From an uncultured bacterium (lineage in GTDB: Bacteria > Planctomycetota > UBA1135 > GCA-002686595), in the NCBI GenBank assembly GCA_943787795.1, contig CALSNU010000002.1, positions 64,001-128,000 of the forward strand: 64,000 bases of DNA, read 5' to 3'. How positions within the stretch are numbered: position 1 is the first letter of the stretch; each line of letters starts with the position of its first letter. This document shows, one piece after another, positions 10,125 to 19,431 of the stretch. The position numbers were made by a program, and so were the translations under genes. The notes beneath the pieces are model-generated. The model did no database searches. It was given only the letters and a program-made list of their open reading frames with translations, and was not told the DNA's origin.

Positions 10125-10197
10125 TCAGCTGGGCCCATTCAGCTGGGCCCCTTCAGTTGGGCCCCTTCAGCTGCGTCCCTTCAGCTGTGCTCCTCAG
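10125..10197. repeat. Degenerate tandem array, 14-bp unit (tcagctgggcccct), about 5 copies, overlapping the rfbA stop
   Basis: tcagctgggcccat / tcagctgggcccct / tcagttgggcccct / tcagctgcgtccct / tcagctgtgctcc. Confidence 0.85.
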
Positions 10198-11062
10198 CCA
10201 GCTTCTTCAGGGTCTCGCCGTACTCGTTCTTGCCGAAGCGCTCGGCACGCTCGAGAAGCTGCTCGCGGGAGATCCACCCCAGCTCGAAGGCGATCTCGTC
10301 CGGAGACCCGACCTGCTGGCCCTGCCGCTCGGTGAGGGTGCGAACGAAGTTGCCCGCGTCCAGCAGCGAGGCGTGGGTCCCTGTATCCAGCCACGCGTAG
10401 CCGCGGCCCATGCGCTTGACGGAGAGTGAACCGTCGTTGAGGTAGCTCTCGAGCAGCGAGGTGATCTCCAGCTCCCCCCGCTCGGAAGGCGTGACCTGAC
10501 GGGCGCGCTCGGGGGCGCTGCCGTCCACGAAGTAGAGGCCGGTGACCGCGTAGTTCGAGGGCGGCTCGGGCGGCTTCTCGATGATGGCGCGGACGGTGCC
10601 GTCCGCGTCGAAGTCCGCCACGCCGTAGCGCTCCGGATCGGCCACCCGGTAGCCGAAGACCGTGGCCCCCGCGCTGGCCTTATCCGCCTCCTCCAGGAGG
10701 AGCGGCAGCCCCTGACCGAAGAAGATGTTGTCGCCGAGCACCATCGCCGAGGGCGCCCCGTCCAGGAAGTCCTCGGCCAGGATGAACGCCTGGGCGAGCC
10801 CGTCCGGGCTGGGCTGCACCATGTACGACAGCGAGATCCCCCACTGGCTCCCGTCCCCGAGCGTGCGCTCGAACTGATCCAGGTCGTGCGGGGTCGTGAT
10901 GATCATGATCTCCCGGATCCCCGCCAGCATCAGCACCGACAGGGGGTAGTAGATCATCGGCTTGTCGTAGATCGGCAGCAGCTGCTTCGACACCCCCGTG
11001 GTGATGGGGTACAGCCGGGTTCCAGAGCCGCCGGCCAGGATGATGCCTTTGCGTTGTGTCAT
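10181..11062 (-). CDS. rfbA: Glucose-1-phosphate thymidylyltransferase
   Basis: KGIILAGGSGTRLYP, SKQLLPIYDKPMIYYPLS, LGDNIFFG, RGELEIT, AWLDTGT. Confidence 0.97.
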   Translation of the reverse strand: MTQRKGIILAGGSGTRLYPITTGVSKQLLPIYDKPMIYYPLSVLMLAGIREIMIITTPHDLDQFERTLGDGSQWGISLSYMVQPSPDGLAQAFILAEDFLDGAPSAMVLGDNIFFGQGLPLLLEEADKASAGATVFGYRVADPERYGVADFDADGTVRAIIEKPPEPPSNYAVTGLYFVDGSAPERARQVTPSERGELEITSLLESYLNDGSLSVKRMGRGYAWLDTGTHASLLDAGNFVRTLTERQGQQVGSPDEIAFELGWISREQLLERAERFGKNEYGETLKKLAEEHS

Positions 11063-11450
11063 CGCTCTCTTTCGGTCGCCGCGGGGTCGCGGAATTTGGA
11101 GTCAGGGGAAAGTCGGGCCGAGTGCTGCCGTCTCGCCGGCGGGGGCCGGGCCGACAACGCGCTCAGGTGGCGCCTCGATCCACCGTCCCAGGGCGTGGGG
11201 AGCCAGCAGCCCGCGGCGGCGAGTCTCGTCGCGCTGGAAGACTAACCCGCCCGCGACAGCGTGTCGCCGCCTCCAGCCCGTCCGTTGACGTCGACGGGCC
11301 GAGGCGATCCCTCGTTGGGAGCCCGTGCCCCCCAAGCCGCCGCCAGGGTCTCTGCCCGGGACATCGCCCAGCACCTCGGCCGTCGCAGGAAGGTGCTCGT
11401 CCGGAAGGAAACCACCGGCGTGGTGCGAAGCAGGGCGCTACAACCTCTCC

Positions 11451-11996
11451 ATGGCCCCTTCGACGCCGCCCCCCCTCCTCGCATCCTCACCGCTGCGCCA
11501 CCTCGCCGGGCCGCTCGGTGCCGCAGCGATCTGGGGCGGTGGGATGGTCGCCGTCCCCATGGTCCCGGCCCCCATGACGCTCCAGACCCTGGCCCTGATC
11601 CTGGTCGGCGGCCTGGCCGGTGCGCGGGCGGGCGGCCTCGCCGGCGTGCTCTTCCTGGCCGCGGTCCTGGCCGGCGCCCCCGTCCTCTCCGGAGGGACCA
11701 GCGCTGCGGGCGCGTCGTTCCTCGACCTCGGCACCGCGGGCTTCGTGATCGCGTTCATCCCCGGTGGGACCCTCGCGGGGCTGGCGAACGGGCGCTTCCG
11801 CCACGACGCCGCGGTCTTCCTGGGGGCGCACCTCCTGATCCTGGTGGCCGGCTTCGCGTGGCTCTTCGCTCAGAAGGGCCTGCCCCTCGCGGAGGGGGCC
11901 TCATCCCTCGCCCTGCTCCTGCCTGGCGCTCTGGCCAAGAGCGGGCTGGCGGCGGTGGTCACGCGGGCCCTGCTCGGCGGCGGAGACGCCCCTTGA
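11451..11996 (+). CDS. bioY: Biotin transporter BioY
   Basis: VPMVPAPMTLQTLALILVGG..G...G, G.PV.SGG, GTAGFVIAF, LLPGALAK. Confidence 0.85.
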   Translation: MAPSTPPPLLASSPLRHLAGPLGAAAIWGGGMVAVPMVPAPMTLQTLALILVGGLAGARAGGLAGVLFLAAVLAGAPVLSGGTSAAGASFLDLGTAGFVIAFIPGGTLAGLANGRFRHDAAVFLGAHLLILVAGFAWLFAQKGLPLAEGASSLALLLPGALAKSGLAAVVTRALLGGGDAP

Positions 11997-12355
11997 GCCC
12001 GCGCCCGGTCCCTCGGAAGCGCGTCCTCACGGAGGCGGAGTCCCTCCAGGACGAGCGGGTGCAGCGCATCCTCGCCACGGTGGACTCCATCCCCGAGGGT
12101 CGCGTGGCCAGCTACGGCCAGGTGGCGGAGGAGGCCGGGCTCCCGCGGGCCGCGCGCTTCGTGGGGTCCGTCCTGCGGCGCTTCGTGGCGAACCGAGGCG
12201 TCCCCTGGCACCGGGTCCTGGGGTCAGACGGCACCATCCGCGTCGTCGGGGGCACCGCCCGGGACCAGGCCATGCTGCTCCGCGCGGAAGGCGTGACCGT
12301 GCGTAACGGCCGCGTCCGCATGGCCGAGGTCGGTTGGCAGCCCGACGAAGAGTGA
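11993..12355 (+). CDS. Alkyltransferase-like (ATL/YbaZ, MGMT family) protein
   Basis: SIPEGRVASYGQVA...ARFVG...VPWHRV (Trp replaces the catalytic Cys); TTG start overlapping the bioY stop is inferred. Confidence 0.9.
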   Translation: MSPRPVPRKRVLTEAESLQDERVQRILATVDSIPEGRVASYGQVAEEAGLPRAARFVGSVLRRFVANRGVPWHRVLGSDGTIRVVGGTARDQAMLLRAEGVTVRNGRVRMAEVGWQPDEE

Positions 12356-12418
12356 GCCGTGGCGCAGATCTGGGGCTCACCGCTCCCAACGCCGCCCCCG
12401 ATCTGATTTCCTTGGGCC

Positions 12419-13378
12419 ATGGATCAGCTCTCAGGACTCAAGGCCCACTCCCTCGTCGTCGCCGATACGGGCGACTTCGCGAGCATCAAGACCTTCCAGC
12501 CGCGTGACGCCACGACGAACCCGAGCCTGCTGCTGAAGGCGGCGGCCATGCCCGAGTACGCCGAGCTGGTGGATCGGACGCTGGACGGAGTACGCAAGGA
12601 CGGCGGCGACATCGACGCCGCCCTGGACGGCCTCGCGGTGGCCTTCGGTCGCGAGATCCTCGAGATCGTCCCCGGCAGGGTCTCCACGGAGGTGGACGCG
12701 CGCCTCAGCTTCGACACCGCGGCCACCTTGGCCAAGGCGAAGCAGCTCATCTCGCTCTACGAGGCCGCCGGCGTCGACCGGGACCGGATCCTGATCAAGA
12801 TCGCCTCCACCTGGGAGGGCATCGAGGCCGCGCGGCTGCTCCGCGAGGACGGCATCCGCTGCAACCTGACGCTGCTGTTCTCCTTCGCCCAGGCCGTGGC
12901 CTGCGCCAACGCCAAGGTGCAGCTGATCTCGCCCTTCGTGGGCCGCATCCTCGACTGGCACAAGAAGTCCACCGGCAAGGAGAGCTACCCCGCCGCCGAG
13001 GACCCCGGCGTCCTCTCGGTGACGCGGATCTTCGAGTACTACAAGAAGTTCGGGCACAAGACCGAGGTCATGGGCGCCAGCTTCCGCAACACCGGGGAGA
13101 TCCTCCAGCTCGCGGGCTGTGACCTTCTCACCATCAGCCCCGGCCTCCTGGAGGAGCTGCGGACCACCGAGGGCGACGTCCCCGCTCAGCTGACCACGGC
13201 CTGCGCCGAGGCCTCGGACCACGAGCCCCTGCGGCTCGACGAGCGCGCCTTCCGCTGGATGATGAACGAGGACGCCATGGCCACCGAGAAGCTGGCCGAG
13301 GGCATCCGCGCCTTCGCCGCCGACACCCGCAAGCTCGAGCACCTCGTCGCCGAGCGCATGGGCGCGCCGGTGAGCTGA
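12419..13378 (+). CDS. tal: Transaldolase
   Basis: [47 protein letters not shown]. Confidence 0.97.
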   Translation: MDQLSGLKAHSLVVADTGDFASIKTFQPRDATTNPSLLLKAAAMPEYAELVDRTLDGVRKDGGDIDAALDGLAVAFGREILEIVPGRVSTEVDARLSFDTAATLAKAKQLISLYEAAGVDRDRILIKIASTWEGIEAARLLREDGIRCNLTLLFSFAQAVACANAKVQLISPFVGRILDWHKKSTGKESYPAAEDPGVLSVTRIFEYYKKFGHKTEVMGASFRNTGEILQLAGCDLLTISPGLLEELRTTEGDVPAQLTTACAEASDHEPLRLDERAFRWMMNEDAMATEKLAEGIRAFAADTRKLEHLVAERMGAPVS

Positions 13379-13453
13379 CCGGGGACGCGACGAATCCGGG
13401 ACCAGGGCCGCTGAGCTGCGGCGAGATCCGCGGAGGCCAACTAGGATCAGGGG

Positions 13454-16400
13454 GTGCTGATGCTCCCCTCCCTGATCGCCCTCGCGCTCGCCGCCGGCTC
13501 CACCGCCGGTGAGCTCTCCCACGACCCCGCCGCTCCGGGAAACTCCGCCGCGCCGGAGGGCACCATCTCTCGGGAGGGCACCATCGCTCGGGGGGACACT
13601 ATCGCTCGGGGGGACACTATCGCTCGGGGGGGCACTATCGCTCGGGGGGGCACTATCGCTCGGGGGGGCACTGTCACTCGGGGGGATACCGTCGACTTCG
13701 GTCGCGACGTCCGCCCGCTCCTCGCCGAGCACTGCTACGCGTGCCACGGGCCCGACGAGGCCGCCCGCAAGGGTGGGCTGCGGCTCGACGTGGGCGACGA
13801 AGCCCGCGCGGCCGGGATCTTCGACGAGGACCCCGCGGAGTTCGTGCGCCGCATCGACGGCGCGGACGACTGGGAGCTCATGCCGCCCCCTGAGGCGGAG
13901 CACCCCCTCGATGAGGCCGCCATCGAGGTCTTTCGCCTGTGGGTCGCCGCGGGCGCGCCCTACGAGGCGCACTGGGCCTTCGAGGCGCCCGAGGCCGCTC
14001 CAGCCCCCGAGGACGCGTGGGGCCGCAACCCGATCGACCACTTCGTCCTGGCTGGACTCACCGAGGCCGGCCTCGAGCCCTCCCCCGAGGCAGACAGGCG
14101 GACCCTCGCGCGGCGCCTCTCCCTGGACCTGACCGGCCTGCCCCCGGACCCGGCGGAGGTCGAAGCCTTCGTGCTCGATGAAGCCCCCGACGCCTACGAG
14201 CGACTGGTGGACCGCTGGATGGCGCGGGACACCTGGGGCGAGCACCGCGCCCGGCAGTGGCTCGACGTGGCGCGCTACGCCGACACCCACGGCATCCACT
14301 TCGACAACTACCGGGACATCTGGCCCTACCGCGACTGGGTCATCGGCGCCTTCAACGGCGACATGCCCTTCAACCAGTTCTCCATCGAGCAGCTGGCGGG
14401 CGACCTGCTCCCGGACGCGACCCTGGAGCAGCGCGTCGCCACGGGCTTCCTGCGCTGCAACATCACCACCAACGAGGGCGGGCTCATCGACGAGGAGTAC
14501 AAGGTCCTCTACGCCCGCGACCGCACCGAGACCTTCGGACAGGCCTGGCTCGGCATGAGCGTGGGCTGCGCCGTCTGCCACGACCACAAGTACGACCCGC
14601 TCAGCCAGCGCGAGTTCTACGAGCTCTCCGCATTCTTCGATAACACCACCGTCCCCGTGCGCGACGGCAACGTGAAGGACCCGCGGCCGATCCTGCGCGT
14701 CACGCCCATGGGCGAGCGGGACCGGCGGGCGCAGCTGCTGGCGTCCCTGGAGGTCGGGCGACGGAAGCGCGGCGAACGCGCGAACGCGGCCCGCGCCGAC
14801 CTCGGTGCGTGGCTCGCGGAGACGGGCGGCGCGGGCATCGGCGCCGAGGCGCCCCACCGCTCGTACGAGGCCCTCCACCTCCCCCTCTCCGAGGGCGCGG
14901 GCCAGTACGTGACCGCAATCGTCGACGGTGCCGCGGCCGCGTACCCCCTGGAGGGCAAGGCAGCCTGGTCCGCCCAGGGCCCCGGGGGCGTCGCCCTCAA
15001 GACCGAGGGGCAGGCGATCACCGTCCCCGACGCCGCCGACTTCGAGCAGGACGAGCCCTTCACCAGCACCGCCTGGGTCAAGGTCCGCAAGGGCGAGCCC
15101 ACCGGCGCCCTGTGGAGTCGCATGGACTCCCCGAGCGCCTTCCGCGGCTGGGACGTGTGGCTCCAGAACGGACGCGTCGGCACCCACATCATCCACGCCT
15201 TCCCGGAGGACTGGCTGAAGGTCGTGGCCCGGGATCCCCTCCCCGTGGACCGCTGGGTGCACGTGGCCGTGACCTACGACGGCAGCTCCAAGGCCGCCGG
15301 CGTGGCGATCTACCACGACGGCGTCCTCCAGCCCACCAGGACCGAGGCGGACAAGCTCACCGGCTCCACCCGCACCGAGGTCCCCTTCCGGGTCGGCACC
15401 CGCACCGGGGGCAGCCCCACCCGCGCCCACCTCTACGAGCTCCGGGTGCACCGGGGCGTCCTCAACAGCGCCCAGATCCAGGGGCTCGCACTCTCGCGCC
15501 TCGCGGCCACCGCCGCCCGCGCGGGGTACGACGCCCTCGACGCGGATGGCCAGGCGAGCCTGAATCGCTGGTGGCTCGAGAACCGCGACCTTGAGTGGCA
15601 GGGGCTCGACGCCTTCGTCAGGACGGACGAAACCGCGCTCGCCGCCATCGAGAACGCGAGCCCCACGGCCCACGTGTTCGGCGAGCGCGACGGCGCGCCC
15701 ATGGCCTACGTGCTCAACCGCGGCGAGTACGACCAGCGCGGCGAGCAGGTCGGCGCGGGGACCCCCGCCTTCCTCCCCCCCCTGCCGGAGGGGGCCGAGC
15801 GCGACCGCCTCGCCCTCGCCAACTGGCTCTTCCAGCCGGGCCACCCGCTCACCGCCCGGGTCGCGGTCAACCGCTACTGGCAGGAGGTCTTCGGCCAGGG
15901 CATCGTGCCCACCAGCGGAGACTTCGGGCTCGCGGGCGAGCACCCGACCCACCCCGAGCTCCTGGACTGGCTCGCCCTGCACTTCGAGGAGGAGGACTGG
16001 AGCGTGAAGCGGCTCTTCCGAACCCTGGTGACCTCCGCCACCTACCGCCAGAGCGCGCGCATGACGCCCGAGCGCCTGGAGCGTGACCCCGACAACGCGC
16101 TCCTCTCCCGGGGCCCGCGCTTCCGCATGGACGCCGAGATGGTGCGCGACACGGCCCTGGCCGCGAGCGGGCTGCTGGTCCCCACCATCGGCGGTCCGAG
16201 CGTCAAGCCCTACCAGCCCCCCGGGGTCTGGGAGGCGGTCGCCATGCGCGAGAGCAACACCCACAACTACGTCCAGGACCAGGGCGACGGGCTGCGGCGC
16301 CGGAGCATGTACACGTTCTGGAAGCGGTCGGCGCCGCCGGCCTCCATGGAGATCTTCGACGCCCCCAGCCGCGAGACCTGCGCGGTCCGGCGCGAGCGCA

Positions 16401-16759
16401 CGAACACGCCGCTCCAGGCGCTTGTGACCCTCAACGACCCCCAGTTCATCGAGGCCGCGCGCGCCCTCGCGGAGCGGGCCCTCGCGCTGGAGGCGCCGGC
16501 CGCCGGCACGGTCGACGACGGCGCGCGGATGGACCACCTCATGGCGCGCCTCACCTCACGCGCCCTGGCGGACGACGAGCGCGCGGTGTGCGCCGGGGTC
16601 CTCGCGGACCTGCGGGCCCACTACGCCGGCGACCCGGACGCGGCCGCCGCCCTGCTCGACGTCGGGGACAGCACCGCCGCCGAGGACCCGGCCGAGCTCG
16701 CCGCCTGGACGATGCTCGCCAACATGCTCATGAACCTCGACGAGGTGGTGAACAAATGA
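13454..16759 (+). CDS. Planctomycete cytochrome c / DUF1549 / DUF1553 (PSD1) protein with inserted LamG-like domain
   Basis: CYACHGPD and CAVCHDHK heme motifs; WLDVARYADT, HPLTARVAVNR, PTHPELLDWLA, TNTPLQAL; WVHVAVTYDG (LamG). Confidence 0.93.
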   Translation: MLMLPSLIALALAAGSTAGELSHDPAAPGNSAAPEGTISREGTIARGDTIARGDTIARGGTIARGGTIARGGTVTRGDTVDFGRDVRPLLAEHCYACHGPDEAARKGGLRLDVGDEARAAGIFDEDPAEFVRRIDGADDWELMPPPEAEHPLDEAAIEVFRLWVAAGAPYEAHWAFEAPEAAPAPEDAWGRNPIDHFVLAGLTEAGLEPSPEADRRTLARRLSLDLTGLPPDPAEVEAFVLDEAPDAYERLVDRWMARDTWGEHRARQWLDVARYADTHGIHFDNYRDIWPYRDWVIGAFNGDMPFNQFSIEQLAGDLLPDATLEQRVATGFLRCNITTNEGGLIDEEYKVLYARDRTETFGQAWLGMSVGCAVCHDHKYDPLSQREFYELSAFFDNTTVPVRDGNVKDPRPILRVTPMGERDRRAQLLASLEVGRRKRGERANAARADLGAWLAETGGAGIGAEAPHRSYEALHLPLSEGAGQYVTAIVDGAAAAYPLEGKAAWSAQGPGGVALKTEGQAITVPDAADFEQDEPFTSTAWVKVRKGEPTGALWSRMDSPSAFRGWDVWLQNGRVGTHIIHAFPEDWLKVVARDPLPVDRWVHVAVTYDGSSKAAGVAIYHDGVLQPTRTEADKLTGSTRTEVPFRVGTRTGGSPTRAHLYELRVHRGVLNSAQIQGLALSRLAATAARAGYDALDADGQASLNRWWLENRDLEWQGLDAFVRTDETALAAIENASPTAHVFGERDGAPMAYVLNRGEYDQRGEQVGAGTPAFLPPLPEGAERDRLALANWLFQPGHPLTARVAVNRYWQEVFGQGIVPTSGDFGLAGEHPTHPELLDWLALHFEEEDWSVKRLFRTLVTSATYRQSARMTPERLERDPDNALLSRGPRFRMDAEMVRDTALAASGLLVPTIGGPSVKPYQPPGVWEAVAMRESNTHNYVQDQGDGLRRRSMYTFWKRSAPPASMEIFDAPSRETCAVRRERTNTPLQALVTLNDPQFIEAARALAERALALEAPAAGTVDDGARMDHLMARLTSRALADDERAVCAGVLADLRAHYAGDPDAAAALLDVGDSTAAEDPAELAAWTMLANMLMNLDEVVNK
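13556..13699 (+). repeat. In-frame 18-bp tandem repeat, about 8 copies, encoding (E/G)(G/D)TIAR
   Basis: gagggcaccatc(t/g)ctcgg, ggggacactatcgctcgg x2, gggggcactatcgctcgg x2, then diverging into GDTVDF. Confidence 0.95.
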
Positions 16760-18202
16760 ACCTGCCCGGCACCGACCCCCTCGCGCCCCTGCGCGAGACC
16801 CTGACCCGCAGGCACTTCCTGCGCTCCGGCAGCCACCTGCTCGCGGGGGCCGCCATGGCCCGGCTCGGTGGCGCGTCTCCGCTGGGCGCGTCGCCGCTCT
16901 CCCTGGCGCCCAAGGCCAAGCGCGTCATCTACCTCCACATGGTGGGCGGCCCGCCCCAGATGGACCTGTTCGACCCCAAGCCCCAGATGGCGGAGTGGTA
17001 CGACAAGGACCTGCCTGAGTCGGTGCGGGACGGCCAGCGCCTGACCACCATGACCTCGGGTCAGACGCGCTTCCCCATCGCCCCGAGCCGGTACCGCTTC
17101 GACCGCCACGGGGAGTGCGGCATGGAGATGACCGAGCTGCTCCCGAACCTCGGCAAGTCTGCGGACCGCATGTGCCTCGTGCGCAGCGTCCACACCGACG
17201 CCATCAACCACGAGCCGGCGATCACCTTCCTGCAGACCGGCAACCAGGTCACCGGCCGGCCGTGCCTTGGGGCCTGGGCCTCCTACGGGCTCGGCTCCAT
17301 GAACGAGGACCTGCCCACCTTCGTGGTCATGGTCGCGCGCCCCACCAACCAGGAGCAGATGCAGGCCATCTCCGCCCGCCTGTGGTCCTCGGGCGCCCTG
17401 CCCGGCGCCCACGCCGGCGTGTCCTTCCGCACCAGCGGCGACCCGATCCTCTTCCTCGAGAACCCCAACGGGGTGAGCGACGCCGTGCGGCGGCGCACCC
17501 TGGACGGGATCGGCGAGCTCAACCAGCGCCTCCTGGACGACATCGGCGACCCCCAGACCCGCACGCGCATGGAGCAGTACGAGCTGGCCTACCGCATGCA
17601 GTCGAGCGTCCCCGACCTCGCCGACCTGAGCGTGGAGCCCGACCGCACCTGGGAGATGTACGGCGACGCGGCGCGCAAGCCCGGCACCTTCGCCAACACG
17701 GCCCTCATGGCCCGGCGCATGGTCGAGCGCGGCGTACGCTTCGTGCAGATCTACCACAACAACTGGGACACCCACGCCAACGTGGCCGGCCGCCTTCCCG
17801 ACCAGTGCCGGGACGTGGACCAGCCCTGCCACGCGCTCCTCACCGACCTCGAGCAGCGCGGCCTGCTCGACGAGACCCTCGTGATCTGGGGCGGTGAGTT
17901 CGGCCGGACCATCTACTCCCAGGGCGGCCTCTCCAAGGAGAACTACGGCCGCGACCACCACCCCCGCTGCTTCTCCATGTGGATGGCCCGGGGGCGGCTT
18001 CCGCCCGGGGCACGTGCACGGCGAGACCGACGACTTCTCCTACAACGTGGTCAAGGACCCCGTGAACGTGCACGACCTGCACGCCACCCTCCTGCACCAG
18101 CTGGGCCTAGACTCCGAGCGCCTCAGCGTTCGCCACCAGGGCCTCGACCTGCGCCTCACCGGCGTCGAGCCCGCCCGCGTCCTGCACGAGCTCCTGGCCT
18201 GA
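16756..18202 (+). CDS. DUF1501 domain protein (Tat-like RRHFL leader), interrupted by a +1 frameshift near 17987-17994
   Basis: [43 protein letters not shown]. The expected C-terminus ([15 protein letters not shown]...[14 protein letters not shown]...RLTGV) is in the +1 frame; removing one C gives 481 aa. Confidence 0.9.
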
Positions 18203-18264
18203 GGCCGGGCGGCCCTCGATCGCAGGGAGCGGCGGAGGGACAGGGTCAGCGGTATCCTGTGGCC

Positions 18265-19431
18265 ATGCTCGCGCTCGCCCTCCTGCCCCCCCTCGCACCG
18301 CTCGTCCCCGTCGTCGCGAGCCAGAACGTCGACTTCCTGGACACGGTCGAGGCCATGCTCGTCGCCGACGTGCTGGACGTGGCAGCGCAGGTCGAGCAAT
18401 GGGTCGCGGACCTGCCGCCCGTTGAAGCTGGGGCCAAGGCGCCGAGCGCGGAGAGCGCTGCGGCCTTCGAGGCCTGGGACGAGGACTGGCAGGCGCTGAT
18501 GGGCAGCAAGGACTTCGAGTCGGACATGGCGAGGGTCATGGTCGAGGGGCTCGCCCTCCGGCGCAGGTGGAGCGGCGCTCCCTGGTCCGAGTTCGAGGAG
18601 CGCTCGACCCGCCTCCGGCGGGAGGGCTCACAGGTCCTCGTCATGGCGCTCCTGCGGCTGGAGCTCCTGGAGCGCAGCCCGCCGGAGCGGCAGGGGGAGT
18701 TCGCCGCGGAGTGGCTTCGATCCGGCCAAAGTGGCCGGAGCGAGCAGCTGGAGTCCCTGTTCAAGGCCGAAGGCGCGGTGGTCGAGGGGCTGGGCGCGCT
18801 CCGCCCCGGGCGAGGCAGCGTCCAGGACGCCGTCCGCAACCACCGATACGGCTCCCGGCGGGTGCTCGATGACCAGGTGAAGGCGGCGATGCCGCGCGGC
18901 TTCGATCATCGGCTCCAGGAGGCCCTCGCGGTCCGCTGGCTCGTTGATCACGCCAACCCCGACCGGCACGACCTCCTGGTGAAGGCCGCCGCCGCGGTGC
19001 AGGAAGAGCGCTGGACCCGCACGCCCCTCTACTTCGATGCGTGCGTGCGGATGGGAACCCTCCCCGCCCTCGAGGAGTGCGTCGACGCGCTGGGGCGGAT
19101 CGAGGACCTACGCGACGAGCTGGAGCGGGAGCGACGCCGCGGGAGCAAGCTCGTCAAGAAGCGTGCGCCCCGCGACTGGGAGCTCTCGAAGGACGACTGG
19201 GCCGTGCTGCGCGAGGCGGTCATTGCGGACCACGAGCGCGTCGTCGACCGGCGCGCGGCGGCCCTCGACGGCTACGCGCGGGCGGCCGAGGAGCGCCTCG
19301 CGGCCTTCGCCAGCGCGCTGGGGACCGATGCGCCCGAGCCCGGGGGCGCGAAAGCTCACGCGGCCTGGAAGAGGTGGCTCAAGGGAAGCCGGTCGTCCCT
19401 GCCCGAGGGCCTCACCGAAGAGGCAAGATGA
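18265..19431 (+). CDS. Hypothetical exported helical protein
   Basis: ATG 18265 with signal-like MLALALLPPLAPLVPVVAS; fused to DUF1501 in the ORF track only because of the frameshift. Confidence 0.7.
   Translation: MLALALLPPLAPLVPVVASQNVDFLDTVEAMLVADVLDVAAQVEQWVADLPPVEAGAKAPSAESAAAFEAWDEDWQALMGSKDFESDMARVMVEGLALRRRWSGAPWSEFEERSTRLRREGSQVLVMALLRLELLERSPPERQGEFAAEWLRSGQSGRSEQLESLFKAEGAVVEGLGALRPGRGSVQDAVRNHRYGSRRVLDDQVKAAMPRGFDHRLQEALAVRWLVDHANPDRHDLLVKAAAAVQEERWTRTPLYFDACVRMGTLPALEECVDALGRIEDLRDELERERRRGSKLVKKRAPRDWELSKDDWAVLREAVIADHERVVDRRAAALDGYARAAEERLAAFASALGTDAPEPGGAKAHAAWKRWLKGSRSSLPEGLTEEAR

Noticed and set aside
12431..16537. 1368-aa minus-strand ORF and the many other long antisense/alternate-frame ORFs
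   Set aside because: Shadows of real genes in high-GC DNA; no motifs, and they overlap well-supported CDS
17980..18000. Programmed ribosomal frameshift in the DUF1501 gene
   Set aside because: No known programmed shift in this family, no clear stimulatory structure seen, and a second similar indel in the window points to sequencing error
16588..19431. 947-aa ORF as a genuine DUF1501 fusion
   Set aside because: Explained by a +1 frameshift near 17988; the conserved DUF1501 C-terminus is in another frame and the next gene has its own start
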